A DNA stretch of 38,463 nucleotides, taken from assembly GCA_032718475.1 (NCBI GenBank), contig JAUCBJ010003241.1, positions 1 through 38,463 on the forward strand, written 5' to 3'. Shown here piece by piece: positions 1 to 13,123 of this stretch. The first letter of the stretch is position 1. Each line of letters starts with the position of its first letter. The position numbers were made by a program, and so were the translations under genes. This stretch comes from Nemertoderma westbladi (Eukaryota > Animalia > Xenacoelomorpha). A model generated the notes under the pieces. The model worked only from the letters and a program-made list of their open reading frames with translations, did not search any database and was not told the DNA's origin.

Positions 1-1400
1 TCTCAGCCCTTTTCTATCTGTTTTACTATGGTTTCACTACGGTGAACAAACTCAGGGACAGGATGGCCGGCTAGAGATCGGGCCGCAGCAATGAACGGGA
101 ACATCACGGGAATGTAGACGAGAGACGACCCGCAATACCATTTAGAGTTATTCGCCCATCGCCTGAAAGGTTAGACAGCGTTCGATCCTTGCTACCTAAG
201 TGTAAGACCAAAAGATCAAAGGTAGACGTAGTGACACGCTGCAAGCCTAAAATTACATCATAGGGACTGTACTGTCTTGATTCAGGGAAAACCGCAGTAG
301 ACCTTCATATTCCTACGGGGGGGGGAGAGGGAGAGAGAGCAGATACTAGTACGCAGATAGGACGTAGGCACACCGGCACGAAGGCATACACATTGGTTAG
401 GGTGCAGCAAACTGTACGCCTAACTCTTGCTAAGTGCAGGTGTGTGTGCGACTATTTGCCGTACGACGGTGTCCATTGCATCAGAACTTGTAGGCTAGGG
501 GGGTTGCTGTGTTTTCACCTGAATTGGGATTGTACCGTTCAGGCGGTAGGGCAGTTTACAGCTAGGCGCAAATAAATTGAGGCTATCAGGGATATACTAA
601 CATCTACCGTGTCCCCGCCAACGCCCTAATAGGAAGTTACCCGGACTACCTGGGTGACTAAGATTCTAGATAGGAGCCAGGATAGCTATTAGTACCCGTA
701 CGCCTACAGTAGTAAACTAACACATCTCTTCTTAGTATCAGGGACCTGGTACCTAAAATTGCCGAATTCTGGGCGTAGTATTAACCTTATGCCTGAATTT
801 GAGTCCTGGAAATACGCAAGAGGGGAAGGAACCTTATCATTCGTGAGTATTGGACCTACAAGTTATAAAATTAGAATATTCGTAAAATACACACCGTACC
901 CAGTAATTATATATGTGAAGGAGCAAAACTGCTTTGACCGTTCAGAATTAACACACGCGCGTTAGAAATTATTTACACCTCAAATATATAAAATTAACTT
1001 TCGTCCTTACTGCACTTTGCTCGCTAGTTAGACATCTCCAAATCTGCTCTATACCTAGCTAGCGTCCCTTTGCCCAACCATATAAATCACACCGCGGGCC
1101 AAAGTATACGAGCCCCTTAGTCCGTCAGTGAGTCAGCCTGATTTTAGGATTCGCTGCGCGGGATTTTTGTTTTATCGAAGTTTGTCTGCTCGTAGACTGT
1201 TTTCTGCCTCACCGGTTAAAAGAGATCGATACTGCAATATATTCGCTTACTTAGAGTTTACTGTTTTGGTGAGAAGGTCGGATTTATGATTTGATTTACA
1301 AACTTTACAGTAGGATATTGCAGGTATTGTTACCGTCTCTTCCGATAGTAGGAATAGACGTATCTCTCCAAATAAATTGCATAAATTAATATGAATATCA
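1..1400 (-). mobile_element. Possible highly decayed LTR-retrotransposon gag/protease relic
   Basis: Minus-strand peptide scraps ILQYRSLLTGEAE (~1202-1240, gag-like) and YDVILGL (~242-262, resembling the aspartic-protease C-terminal DxILG motif) in gag-to-protease order. There are many stops and no LTR was found. Boundaries are approximate. Confidence 0.3.
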
Positions 1401-2281
1401 TCTTAAATTAATATTAATTTTCCTAAACGATACAATATTTAATTTATTAATTGAGTTTTCAGAACGCCGTTGAAGGTGGTTCATCACTCCCACCTACATA
1501 TCTTCCCAACAGACATAATCTCCTTTCCTCTGTGCAGAAACAAACTCGGGCCAAAACTCGGGGGGTGCATCATTCACAATGTACTTCCAAGGTTTATGGT
1601 CTATGGGAGGTCTGACTGACGCGTAAGCTAGGACTACAGTAGTCGATACAGATTATACCGCTTATACTGTATGTGTATTAATAAACAAATGACTTCCTTG
1701 CCAACTGATAGCTAACACAATACACATACGTTGAGACACATACGTTAAATAATAGTACACGGATTATAGACAGACATGGTTTAAAAGAAAACGTTTTAAA
1801 AATCAATTTCTATAAAACATAAAATAATGATAAGTAGGTCTATCCATATCTACTGGGCCTATCAATATTAATGTAGTTCAACTGTGTAACAGAGGCCTGT
1901 ATTGTATTATACAACTGACACAGCTGTTCACATAATATGTTACCACAAAACGTAAATGGGTACTGTAGTTACATATCCTCAACCATTCAACGTTATATTT
2001 TATTTTATAACTTGCATATAGCTGTTGACATATTGTACCCTCATAACTTTATTATCATTGTCCTGGATAATTATTTGTTGGTCTCTCAGGTTCTTTGCGT
2101 TTAGCTCGAATCTTGTAAACAACGTCAAACTAACTGAATTCTTGCAACAAAGACCCCACTTGGGGCGCACACGCAAGTAAGGGGCCAAGACACCCACATT
2201 TTATATTAGATTTGTCGAACCATAATTAATATTTAAATTTGAAAATGGTTAAAGTCATACAAGGACACAAAAATAAATATT

Positions 2282-2370
2282 TAAGTGGTGGCAAAAAGTA
2301 TACTTTTTTGTCGAGCGTAGCGAAACAAATAAGAAAGCAAGACAAAAATGTTACTTTTTGTCACCACTTA
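2282..2370. repeat. Short inverted repeat / MITE-like hairpin (~30-bp arms)
   Basis: taagtggtggcaaaaagtatacttttttgtc ... gacaaaaatgttactttttgtcaccactta are near reverse complements around a ~28-nt spacer. Confidence 0.75.
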
Positions 2371-3333
2371 CTGTATGTCGATATTAAATAGTCACATATA
2401 AAAAGTCACTGTCTAAAAAAATAAATATCGTCCATCTAAGGTTCTTCCATAATGATAATAATACCGGTAAATAAAGCGAAATAGCAAAATAGGTAATATA
2501 GGCCCTATGATATTATAATATTCTAGAATATTAAATAACCTGTGGATACCACCGCGCTATCTATTTAAATGTAACATTATTATTAATGTCATTGAAATTA
2601 CATTGAAATTTTATTCGAACATTACTATTTTTGTTGTGAAAAAAAGTGTTCGTTTTTTTGTCAAACTTGTTAAGGACTTTGACAAGAAAAGTGACTTAAA
2701 ACTAATAAAGTATATGTACACAAAATGTCTGCATATTATTATAATATACAATCATAATATTATAAAGAGTTTGAGACTTATCTTATGGGGTGGGGGGGGG
2801 GGGGGGGGGGGGGGGGGGGGGCTTAGGATTAATTTTAGAATTCCAATTTAAGTACTGTACTCCCCTGTCTATGAAATAACTGAACCAAATGCAGCGACCA
2901 AAGTAATGTTTTTAAAGTAATTATTTTAATTAATTTAAATCGACAATAACAATCGAATCTGAGTTAGAGTAACACATAGTGAGTGGAAGCAACCACTAAC
3001 TCCAGATACAGAAGTTGCCTTATAACCGTTCCCATAGAAATATAAAATCAATAAACAGTAGCAACCAATGAGAGGTAATGCGGTTTCCCGTATATAAGAG
3101 GTCAGCTAACCGCAGCTTGTTTTCTTAATCAATATCTACAAACATGGTGACGTCACCACCACTAGATAGTAAGCAGTTGATATACGGCGTCATGACACAG
3201 CTGTGCAGGAAAATAATTGAAGCAAGATACTGCGACTAAGAGCACAATCCCTTTAAATTCCCGCTAAATGTCTGAACGTTTAATTCCAGATTAACATCGC
3301 TGTCGCTCGGTAAATAGAATGCCTCGAGAATAA

Positions 3334-4058
3334 CGGACGGGACGGGACGGGGCGGGACGGGACGGGACGGGGCGGGACGGGACGGGGCGGGACGGGACGG
3401 GACGGGACGGGACGGGACGGGACGGGGAGGGGGGGCGGGACGGGACGGGGCGGGACGGGGCGGGACGGGACGGGGCGGGACGGGACGGGGCGGGACGGGA
3501 CGGGACGGGACGGGACGGGACGGGACGGGACAGGACGGGACGGGACGGGATGGGGGGGGGGGGGCGGGACGGGTCGGGACGGGACGGGACGGGAAGGGGC
3601 GGGACGGGACGGGACGGGACGGGAAGGGGCGGGACGGGACGGGAAGGGGCGGGACGGGACGGGACGGGCGGGCGGGACGGGACGGGACGGGACGGGACGG
3701 GATGGCGGGACGGGACGGGATGGGGGGGGGGGGGCGGGACGGGACGGGACAGGACGGGACGGGATGGGGGGGGGGGCGGGACGGGTCGGGACGGGACGGG
3801 ACGGGAAGGGGCGGACGGACGGGACGGGACGGGACGGGACGGGAAGGGGCGGGACGGGACGGGAAGGGGCGGGACGGGACGGGACGGGGCGGGACGGGAC
3901 GGGACGGGACGGGACGGGACGGGACGGGACGGGACGGGACGGGACGGGACGGGACGGGACGGGACGGGACGGGACGGGACGGGATGGCGGGACGGGACGG
4001 GATGGGGGGGGGGGGCGGGACGGGACGGGACGGGACGGGACGGGACGGGACGGGACGG
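3334..4058. repeat. (GGGAC)n pentanucleotide microsatellite with GGGGC, GGGAA and poly-G variants
   Basis: Directly visible. It produces the spurious PSRPV and GRDGT ORFs. Confidence 0.97.
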
Positions 4059-4285
4059 GTTGTCTCGAAAATAAGAAATTAAAGTTGATATTATAGTTAA
4101 ACAATAATTTAATGTTTAATGTTTGAAATTATACAAAACACCAAAACGGGATAAAATTGCACTTAACGGGTAGAAGGGGGGTGTGGGGGGGATAAACAAA
4201 CATAATGTACTTTATGTCCCTTTAGTTAAACTCAAACATTAGCAATTATTGATGACGAAAAAGCAAGGTGTGTTTTACAATTTTG

Positions 4286-4291
4286 TTTATT
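4286..4291 (-). promoter_or_regulatory. Candidate polyadenylation signal (AATAAA) of SETDB1
   Basis: tttatt on the + strand, ~340 nt downstream of the SETDB1 stop. Confidence 0.3.
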
Positions 4292-4630
4292 AGTTCTCTT
4301 GTATTACATAAACTGGTAGACTGATTACTAAAAACTAAAATAAACTAAAAATTTCGCGATTCTAAAACTTTCTGAATATTCTAGACACTTTTTGTTAAAT
4401 GAAATTTTCATTAACAACTTAAAAATCCTTGATCATGTTTTGAAACGAAATATTTCGCCAATAATAGATCGTCGAAATGAGCAGGAAGAACATGTGTTTG
4501 CCCCCCCCCCCCCCACACCCCTCCGTCCCAACAAAATATACTTAAAAGTAGATTAAACAAACTCAACAACAACACAGGGAACCGACAGTACAAATATCGC
4601 TTAACGCGAGAAGAAAAGGAAGTTTTACGA

Positions 4631-6654
4631 TTAATAAAGACGACCTCGACATGTCTTAGCCTCGCAACGGCAGTGCATAATCTTATTGTCAACCGACCCG
4701 ATCTCATACCCGTAATCCCAAGTGAGTTCCTCCCCAGCCTTTATGTTATCCAAAGCGAAAAAGGAGATCCAATGCAACCTGAGATCGTGGGTGTCCACGT
4801 AGACACTCTGAACGAAGCAGTTAGGGGCGCACGAGTGGTTGAGATAGCGGCCGACGTTGCCCAACGACTTGGCGTCCATTATGTACATGGTGTTCCCTTC
4901 CCCGAACATACTCCGGGTCGAGGAGTGCTGCGGGGGGCCGGTCACGGAAAGACCTCCCGGACGCGGCGTCCGGTTGGTCATCGTCTTGCGCGCCCGGTTG
5001 CGGGGACGGCTGCTGGGCGAGGGCGCCTCCTTAGCGACGCCGCCGGTAACGCTAGTAACCGTCATCGCGCCACCGTTGGCGCCGGTTTTATTTTCCGACG
5101 CATTATCGTCGGACGTATAGTCGGACTGTCGGACACCCACGAGTTTTCGCATATGTCGCGTAACTGCGGCGTCCTGATTGTCCGTGTCGCTCCCTTTTAC
5201 AACCTCCATCTCCAACTCCTCCACCGACGAGTCGCCTCCCGACTCCTCCCTCGACGTACTAGAGGGAACGTCCTCGTCGGATGACTCCGCTAAACTCTCA
5301 CACTCCGCCCCGCTGTCCATCTCCCCGTCCGACTCCAGTTTAGCGCGCTCCACCACCTCGATATGATCCAACTCCGCCAGGTAATCATCCCCGAAGATGT
5401 TCCCATCCGCGTTCGCGACTTCCTCCGTGGTGATCTGCCCCACGTAGAGACACAGGAAACCCCCCTGAGGCACGTCGTCCAGACAACGGATACCCCACCC
5501 GCGGCGCTGCGTCTTAAACACCTCGATCCGATGTAGAATCCCGTTCTGTACGACGCGGTTGTGACACGCCTTCACGATGCCCCCGGCCTCGGTATCCTCC
5601 ACGTAGTCCGCAGCGCATGCGCAGTTAACGTTGCACTCGTAGATACCGGTAGGCGCCGGGGTTAGAAGACGATGGTGCTGGTAGCCTGCCTTCTGGTTGG
5701 CGCGGCCGCCTTTGCGACAACGCGACGCAGCTATCGTGCTCTGAATGCACTCGCACTTGGAGCGGTCGCGACACCCGTCTGTGCAGGAGCAACCAGCGAG
5801 AAACTCCGGGTTATCGTTTATCTTGAAGCCGAGTGGGTAGCGCTTAGCGATGTACTTGATGTACGGGGGGTAATTGTTGTCGTACTCGTTCGAGCAACGT
5901 ATAGGGATGCGTTCGGTTCCGTTGGAGAGGTCGTGAATAACGAACTTGCGAGCGCGGGAGTGGTACTCGCGGGATACCGAGATCTCCGACTCGAAGGAGA
6001 AGTGATCGATCGAGAGGAGGTCGGTGGCCCGTACTAGCACGATGTAACGGTCCACCTCGAACATGGAGCGCAGCGTGCGGGCGCAGGGCGCGCGGTAGCT
6101 GATCACCTGCCGGGCCGTGTTCCCGGAAGACGACGTGATCCGATGCCAACCGCGGTCTATAGGGAGCAGCAACGGGTTTCTCGCTTCCTTGGGGTCGGTG
6201 TCCCGAGCCACCGGGGTCCAACTACCGCGGCACTCCGGGCCGCACTCGTGCGGGATGTATTTTTTTAGGAGCGCCGGCGGTTTAGTCTCTATCGGTCGCG
6301 GTTGCGGAAGTCGACGCGATTCGTCCGGTCGCGGCGTCGTTTTACCGGAAGAGTCGCCGCTCCCGCGTCGCAGTATGGTGGGAGCGGGTTTCGGAGCGAG
6401 TCGCGGGGTCGCCAACCGTTCCGACTGTTTGGGTCGGACTACGGCGTTGACCCGCTGCTCCAACGCCGGTCTGCTCGCCGGCGGGGGGACGGCGGGTTTA
6501 CTCCGGGGCGGGACCTGATCCGGGTTGTGTTTGGATCTGTAAACGGCGTCCAACCGGGATGATCCCCGGTATATCCACTCCTGGGTTCCGTCTGCAAACT
6601 TCATCTGAACCAGCGATGCGTCTATCTCAACAACTTCAGCCACCAACCACTCAC
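4631..6654 (-). CDS. SETDB1: Histone H3K9 methyltransferase SETDB1/eggless, large terminal exon (partial CDS)
   Basis: End of the Tudor region (GEWLVAEVVEIDASLV...EWIYRGSSRL), MBD (NPLLLP...GWHR...YRAPCARTLRSMFEV), pre-SET (CSCTDGC...CEC...GIYECN...C.NRVVQNG), bifurcated SET (GWGIRCLDD...insert...YIMDAKSLGNVGRYLNHSC...ELTWDY) and post-SET (CRC...CRGRL). A phase-1 acceptor tatttacag| lies at 6656-6655; the TTG 'start' in the ORF track is not the real start. Confidence 0.95.
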
Positions 6655-7103
6655 CTGTAAATATAAATAGACTTCATTAATATTTCAGTCGCCTGTTGAG
6701 TGTTAACATTTAGCGCACCTTGTGCCTTGGTTTGGCTCGAATAAATATGTCGTCTCCACCACCCCGCCAATTAACAATTTTAATTACAAATTAAGGTAAA
6801 GTTGCAGGTTCTAGGGGCACGTTACTCTAATCAAAACAATCAACGAAAGCCAATAGAAAAGGTTACAGTTCCATTTTTGAGGTGATAATTGAACAAAAAA
6901 CAAAACCCTAGGGGAAAAATGTTCCAATTTGAAATCAACGTTGGATAATAAAGAAGCCGAACCGAAGAATATTAAGAGGACCATGATGAAGTTCAAAATA
7001 AACTTAAAGGATAACTGGATAATTAATGAAAAATAAAATTCGAAGTGATACCGGTACTACTTAATAATATGAAATATTTCCTCCCCATTCCGGTTTTAAC
7101 AAA

Positions 7104-7262
7104 GGAGTTCCTGGCTAGAAATTTGAGTGCCCGGTTACATTTTGGAGTTCTCGGTTACGATTCTGTGTTCCAGTTATGAATCAATGTGTCCAGTAGCGAA
7201 TCTGAGCACCCGGTTAAGAATAATAATTTCTGGTCACAAATATGAGGACCTGGTTACGAATT
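7104..7262. repeat. Degenerate ~21-bp tandem repeat
   Basis: Recurring gaatctgag..cc.ggttac-like units (gagttcctggctagaa, gagtgcccggttac, gagttctcggttacga, gagcacccggttaaga, gaggacctggttacga). Confidence 0.5.
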
Positions 7263-8834
7263 GTACTTACTAACAGAAAAAAAACGCTGATACAGAAACA
7301 GAACTGAAAATGTTTGATGAACATACCAAAAAATAATTAAGCGAACACTGTAAGTAGACACTCCGCGCTGAATTATAATATCTAATAGGTTATCGTGGTT
7401 AATTCTGGCAAAGGCTTTAAAGGTTAAAAACATAGTTGATTGTAACTATTAATTTTTATAAAACATATCTTAAAAAATATATACACATTTATATATCAGT
7501 ACGTTGTTTTTCTTTTAAAAACCGATGTAGAGATTACAGATTAAATTTTAAGAATAATTTCTTTCAATCAGTTTCGATATTACACATGCGAGGGCTAGTT
7601 GTCTATAATTTGCTTTGCAATTAATTTTTGCTGTTTTATCTTTTAATGTAAGCGGATCCAATTCACTGCACTACCCAGCGGAAAATGGGGAAAGTGGCTT
7701 TTTACCACTTATAGTTGGCTAGGTGAAATTAGCAATATGATGTCACCTAACAACCAACGAGGGCAATTACGCATTGCCAGCCACAAGGAAAGATGAGAGG
7801 CTACAGGCCATCTCAGGGGGACGAAGGGAGCTAGCACGTGGGTACAAGGGAACATGGAGTGCCAAGGGAACATGGAGTGCCAAGGGAAGGAAGGATAGGT
7901 TAGCCAATGATGGGGCAGAACGCCATCTGATTGGGATGCATCCATTGACCAGGCCACGTAGCAAATAGCAATATTCCATATGTGTTAGTAATATAACCGT
8001 TGCATTTATTACCTGTAGTTCAGTTGGTTTGTGTAGAGCTGTGGAAGCAAGTCAGTTTAGACCATCATCGTCATTAACCGTGCTATTATTGTATTCTTAC
8101 TGTGCTATTATTGTATTCTGACATTACGAACAACTGCCACTAAAAACTAGTTATTTTATCGGCCTCCAGCCTTTCATATACCACAAGCCTTTCAGCAGCC
8201 AGCGGACGCGGCGACGCGTATTACCCAAAAGCAAACACATCGGTCGGGATTCCCTCGCCAACTCGGGGATCCCGTCACATTTAAGACTTGAATTAATATA
8301 ACATAAAGAACTTGGTAAAAAACCATGGACCAAAAAAAAACTAAAAAAAGAGCCGTGATAGAATATTGCCCAACCCAAACTATTAAAATCTCTAAATTTG
8401 AGATCAGAGAAACATGACTTAGTTGGGAGTTGATTACGCGTTTAAAGAGTTTACTGAATACAGGTGATATTGATATGGGTCTGTAATTATTCTTATCGGT
8501 AGGAATGCCGGATTTAAAAACTGGGTTAATTTTAGCTGATTTTAGTGTGGAGTGGATGAACCGGTTTTCATGGATATATTGATTATGTAGTCATTACGGG
8601 GAAGCTGTCGCTATTGAGATATAGTATGTTGTATATAGTTTCAGTATTAGAGGTTTATATTTATATTGGAGGTTTTGTGGTTTATATATAAAGGGTTTCT
8701 GTTTCTAGTAGGTATATATGTCTTTTAAATGGGCAACATCTCAAGTCCCCCAACCTTCTATTTTACTCCCATCGTTGCCACAGTTGGTAATTGGTTTTAA
8801 AGGTTTCAAATTTTAAAATTTATTTTAAGGCCGA

Positions 8835-8947
8835 CGTCCGTCCGTCCGTCCGTCCGTCCGTCCGTCCGTCCGTCCGTCCGTCCGTCCGTCCGTCCGTCCG
8901 TCCGTCCGTCCGTCCGTCCGTCCGTCCGTCCGTCCGTCCGTCCGTCC
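8835..8947. repeat. (GTCC)n microsatellite, probably inside a Helentron/DINE-1-like interspersed repeat (~8760-9140)
   Basis: Pure GTCC array. The following 'ataacctttgaa...ttttcaacccaattttgtatg' resembles microsatellite-carrying invertebrate repeats (inference). Confidence 0.9.
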
Positions 8948-9899
8948 GATAACCTTTGAAGATTGAAGATTATAACCATTTTCAACCCAATTTTGTATGG
9001 GCATACTAGAGAATAAGTTCCAATATTTTTGAAAGTTATGGACAAATACCTCTCGAATTTTTGACTCCAGATCAAATCGAACTTGTTTCGAACTTGCTCA
9101 AGTTTGCGTGCTGCGCGACGACCCACGGACGTGTATATTATACTGTACATACTAAAGATGCGTCATTTTCATTTATGATTGATTATGTTATCGTTATAAT
9201 GCTTAATATATTAATTTGAATTAATTTATTTTATTTTATTTAATTATTAATTTGAATTAGTTTACATTATTTATTTAGTACGCTGGTGTGGTGGGTACAT
9301 TTGCATGTATATTTCACTTAGTAGTTACAAGAGAATTGGAAGTAAAAAATTTATTCAATTTGATGAAAATTGTATTGTTGTCACCCAAATATGAAATATC
9401 AAATAATCTAGATAACAACTTTCTGTAAGCATGATATAAACATGAACCAAGTATGCTACCTATGTAATTACAAGTATTGTAAGTACAAAATCTAAACATG
9501 CGCACTAATATTCCAAAACTATAATTATCACTCCAGTGAAATAATATATAATATAAATGCTTTTTTTTAACCATTAAAACTAGTTTGTTGTATTTATATC
9601 CAGTTAATTGAAATTGATAAATTTATTTCCATCATATGGTAAAATTTGTTATACATTTAAAAATAAGCCAAAATATTTGTTACTATGAAACGCACAAGAC
9701 AAACATAATAGCCCGATAATAACTGAGTAAAACTATACTTCTATTTACATACAAAATATGAGGGATGATAAAATAACCTACCGTACTGTAATTATAAAAA
9801 AAACACTAAAATTATACATGGGAACAGGAAGAGAAAACAGTATCGCACAGGATGGAATTATACACATAGGATTTTAGCACTGTCAAATTATAATACGTT

Positions 9900-12760
9900 A
9901 CAACTGCTGTGGCAACGGTGATGTCTACCCATTAGGGGACATGTGTGATGCTGTACCTTGATCTTGAATACAAAGGAGTTCCCTCTGATCGCAGCGATGT
10001 TTAGCCTCTGTTTAGGCCAGAATGCTTTGCGTGGCTCTCCTGTTGCTGCTGATGATATCTTAGCGCCTATTTCGTGGATCATGTTTATGGTAGAGGGGCC
10101 ATATGACCCCGAAGTTTCGAAAGACAATGGCTCAAAAGTGTACTGCTGGCCAATACTGCGATATTTCAGCCGTTTCAGCGCTTCAGCAGATGCAGCTGCT
10201 GATCCAGGTTCGACAGTGGAGCGGATGACATTGCTCGCAAATGTGTCAGTACAAGTGGCATCGACCTTGTGACAAGACAGCGACCCTGTGAGTAAGGGAA
10301 AATGGTCATCCCATCTGGGTGTTTGCCATCTCCTCTGTCAAGCCCGGTGGGCTCCAATAGAGAGAGGGGAAATCAGCGCTGGTCAGAGCCAGATGGATAT
10401 CATTAAGGGCTGCATGTCAAGATGAACGGCCAGCGCTGAATCAGCATGAGAGGGCATGGTGGCCATATATGTCCACGATAGACCCACACTCACAGCTATG
10501 TTGCTGATATACGGGGGCCCCTATCCTCAGCGCTGCTCCAATGCGTAGGGACTCGGCATCCAGGTTTGTTCCTAATGATGGGACGGGGATTGTGTGTAGC
10601 CACATGCCACTTTCAAGGCGAGATGCAGCCAGGAAGCACGCCATATCGACCTGGTTTCCCTTCAGTAGATCCAATACAGTAGATCCTGCTGGACTTTTGT
10701 AACTGAGATGGTATCCCATGCTCTTTGCAGTTCGTGTGCATTGAGTATTGCATATTGCGTGCACTGACCTGAGACCTCTCTTTCCAGGTGGATATGGCAT
10801 CACCCAGCTCATATGAATGTTCCAATCCGGTAAATCCAGTTCTTTAAGGCCTGAAGCATTATTGAAGGTAGCAGAAGTACGCAGGTGATACTGGAGCCGT
10901 GGGACAGCAAAACATGAGATACAGGAGCCGTGGGACAGCGAAACAGGAGATACTGGAGCCGTGGGGCAGCGAAACTGGAGATACTGGAGCCGTGGGACAG
11001 CGTAACAGGAGATACTGGAGCCGTGGGACAGCGAAACAGGAGATACTGGAGCCGTGGGACAGCGAAACAGGAGATACTGGAGCCGTGGGACAGCGAAACA
11101 GGAGATACTGGAGCCGTGGGATAGCAAAACAGGAGATACTGGAGCCGTGGGGCAGCGTAACAGGAGATACTGGAGCCATGTGACAGCAAATCAGTTCTCG
11201 AGTAGTGTGAATCCCTGGTGGGGATCAATATGATAAAGACGTTCAACCAATCTCTTAAGTGCCACCACTTTGTCCTGAATGGCCACCAATGGCCGGTGTT
11301 CTACTGCCTCATTGGTTAGTGGGCACCTAGTAGGACCTGACCCAGCATCATCTAGAACACGGATATAAGGGAGAACTTTTCGAAATCAACCTATCGTACA
11401 GCGGGTATCATCTGGTGAGTGGTTAAGTAGAAATAGCTCACACTTGGAGTTATTTAATGTGAGCCCCATCCCGGCAAGCTCAGGAATGAATCTACTTATG
11501 CCAGCCAACATGCATCAACTGTTGCTCCAATAGTTCCACCATCCAAGAACCAAACATTAAGCTCTGATTCTACCAGTTGTGTGACAGGTACCTATCCTAG
11601 GGCAAATAAAGCTGGACCTTATGGGTCACCCTGCTGCATGCCAGTGGCTGTGATAACTGACTCACCGAAGAGGAGAGATGTCTGGGTAGCATATGCCTGC
11701 CAAAGGAGGGGGTATATACCAGGTATGTGTTCAGTTCACATGCTACACTGAGGAATGTACCCCGCCGTAATGTATTGAAGGCATTCTTCATGTCAATCTT
11801 AGGCAGTATCCTCTTGCAAACAGAACCTTTGACATAATTACGAGTGGCATGCACTGCAGCAACTGTTAGTTCCAAAACATAGATGAGTAGGTCTGAGCTT
11901 TGTTCCAAGCTGATCAGATAGGAGCCTGAAGCGTGAGACCCACTTTGGTTACCAAATGATGTAGAGTATTACCAACACCAATAGCACGTATGACACCATC
12001 CTTCTTGAGGATGGCATATAGGGATGCTCCATATGATACTGACAGGGCAAATTCTGGTATATAACCATGCCATGCAGTGCCATGTTTGTGAAGTTGGTCA
12101 GCTCGTCGAGTAGCCTATCACCTGCCACTGTTGTGCAACAACTTATTATATCACGTAGATGGCCAGGATGGAGGCCATCTGGTCCTGCAGCAGAAGCCAG
12201 GGGGAAAGATCTAATGCCGGCAGAACCCTCCCCCTTTGTAGCAATTCGGGGCTCTGGTATTGAGTTATCAGGAAGGGGAGGGAGCTCCAAATCGTCTAGG
12301 GTTGGTGGGTGCTTAACCTTGATAGCATTCAAAGAATCAACAGTATGTTCCCGAAGCTCTCTTGAGATTAAAGGATGCTAATGGCCCTTCTCATCACCAT
12401 CCATGAACATAGCAGAAACCCATATCTTAAGGTTCTCTAATTCCTCAGAAGCTGGTACCTTCCCATGTTGCGCGCTGTTGGAATGGGCAAACTAGAGCTG
12501 TCTGACATGTATTCACTAATCTGCTGCTTAACCTTTGTAGCCAGTGATGACTGTTTGTAATCCCAGACTACTTTAGGTGGTTTGGTCAAGGCACCACAGG
12601 GGGAAAGCTAATAGACGCACACAAGAGAGTGGTGATTGTTTCTCCTGGGCTTCTTTCAATAGTGTCGCTAGGGCATCAGCACCTGCAATTCTTGCCCATT
12701 TAGGGATTTTGGCAATTACACGAATTGATTTTTCAGCTTGTGATGGTCATGACTCATGAA
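9900..12760 (-). mobile_element. Decayed, 5'-truncated non-LTR retrotransposon with restriction-like endonuclease (CRE-like clade)
   Basis: Collinear frameshifted motifs: KIPKWAR, SAAGPDGL, KIDMKNAFNTL, FAVPRLQY.LR, SGMWLHTIP..SLG, zinc knuckle CECG..VD..GHHALSC, RLE EPTGLDRGDGKHPDG...DATCTDTF, FETSGSYG, RGN. Many stops and frameshifts. Confidence 0.85.
10887..11190. repeat. 31-bp minisatellite (~10 copies) inside the CRE-like ORF
   Basis: Unit gagatactggagccgtgggacagcgaaacag. The first and last GATAC anchors at 10887 and 11166 are 279 = 9x31 nt apart. Confidence 0.95.
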
Positions 12761-13123
12761 ATTTTGCGTAGGCGCTAATTTGGAGACATCAATGCCAATA
12801 TATCTTGAACAGTTACACTGATAAACACGCATAAAAAATGTTATAAAAATTAACTAAAAACATAATAAAAAGCCAAAGAATTTGGTACAGTTGGGCTGTT
12901 AGGGAGAATATAAAATGAACTAAAAAACTAAAAGCACTACCACCTAAAAATTTGCTTCTAAAAAAATTAGTCACAAATGTGTATTACAAATCCCATGTAT
13001 GGTAATGTATTTATATAGCATCGATATGGTTCTGTACTCTACAATATATACTTGCCATAAATGGATTATACATTATACATTTAGAGTGTGTTGGATTTTG
13101 GGCCCAGTACACTTGGTGGCTAA

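Noticed and set aside
3064-3098. CCAAT plus TATATAAG promoter-like pair
   Set aside because: No downstream gene on the + strand; such motifs are common in repeats.
3280-4104. Pro/Arg-rich and Gly-rich ORFs
   Set aside because: Translations of the (GGGAC)n microsatellite.
4673-6562. Antisense and alternative-frame ORFs over SETDB1
   Set aside because: Expected shadows of GC-rich coding sequence; no recognisable domains.
7647-8130. Possible solo LTR (starts TGTAAG, internal 18-bp duplications)
   Set aside because: No clean CA end, TSD, PBS or second copy is visible.
8151-8290. RPMCLL...W peptide as the missing upstream SETDB1 Tudor exon
   Set aside because: Only a few residues resemble RPMVLL, and there is no phase-1 GT donor at the required position.
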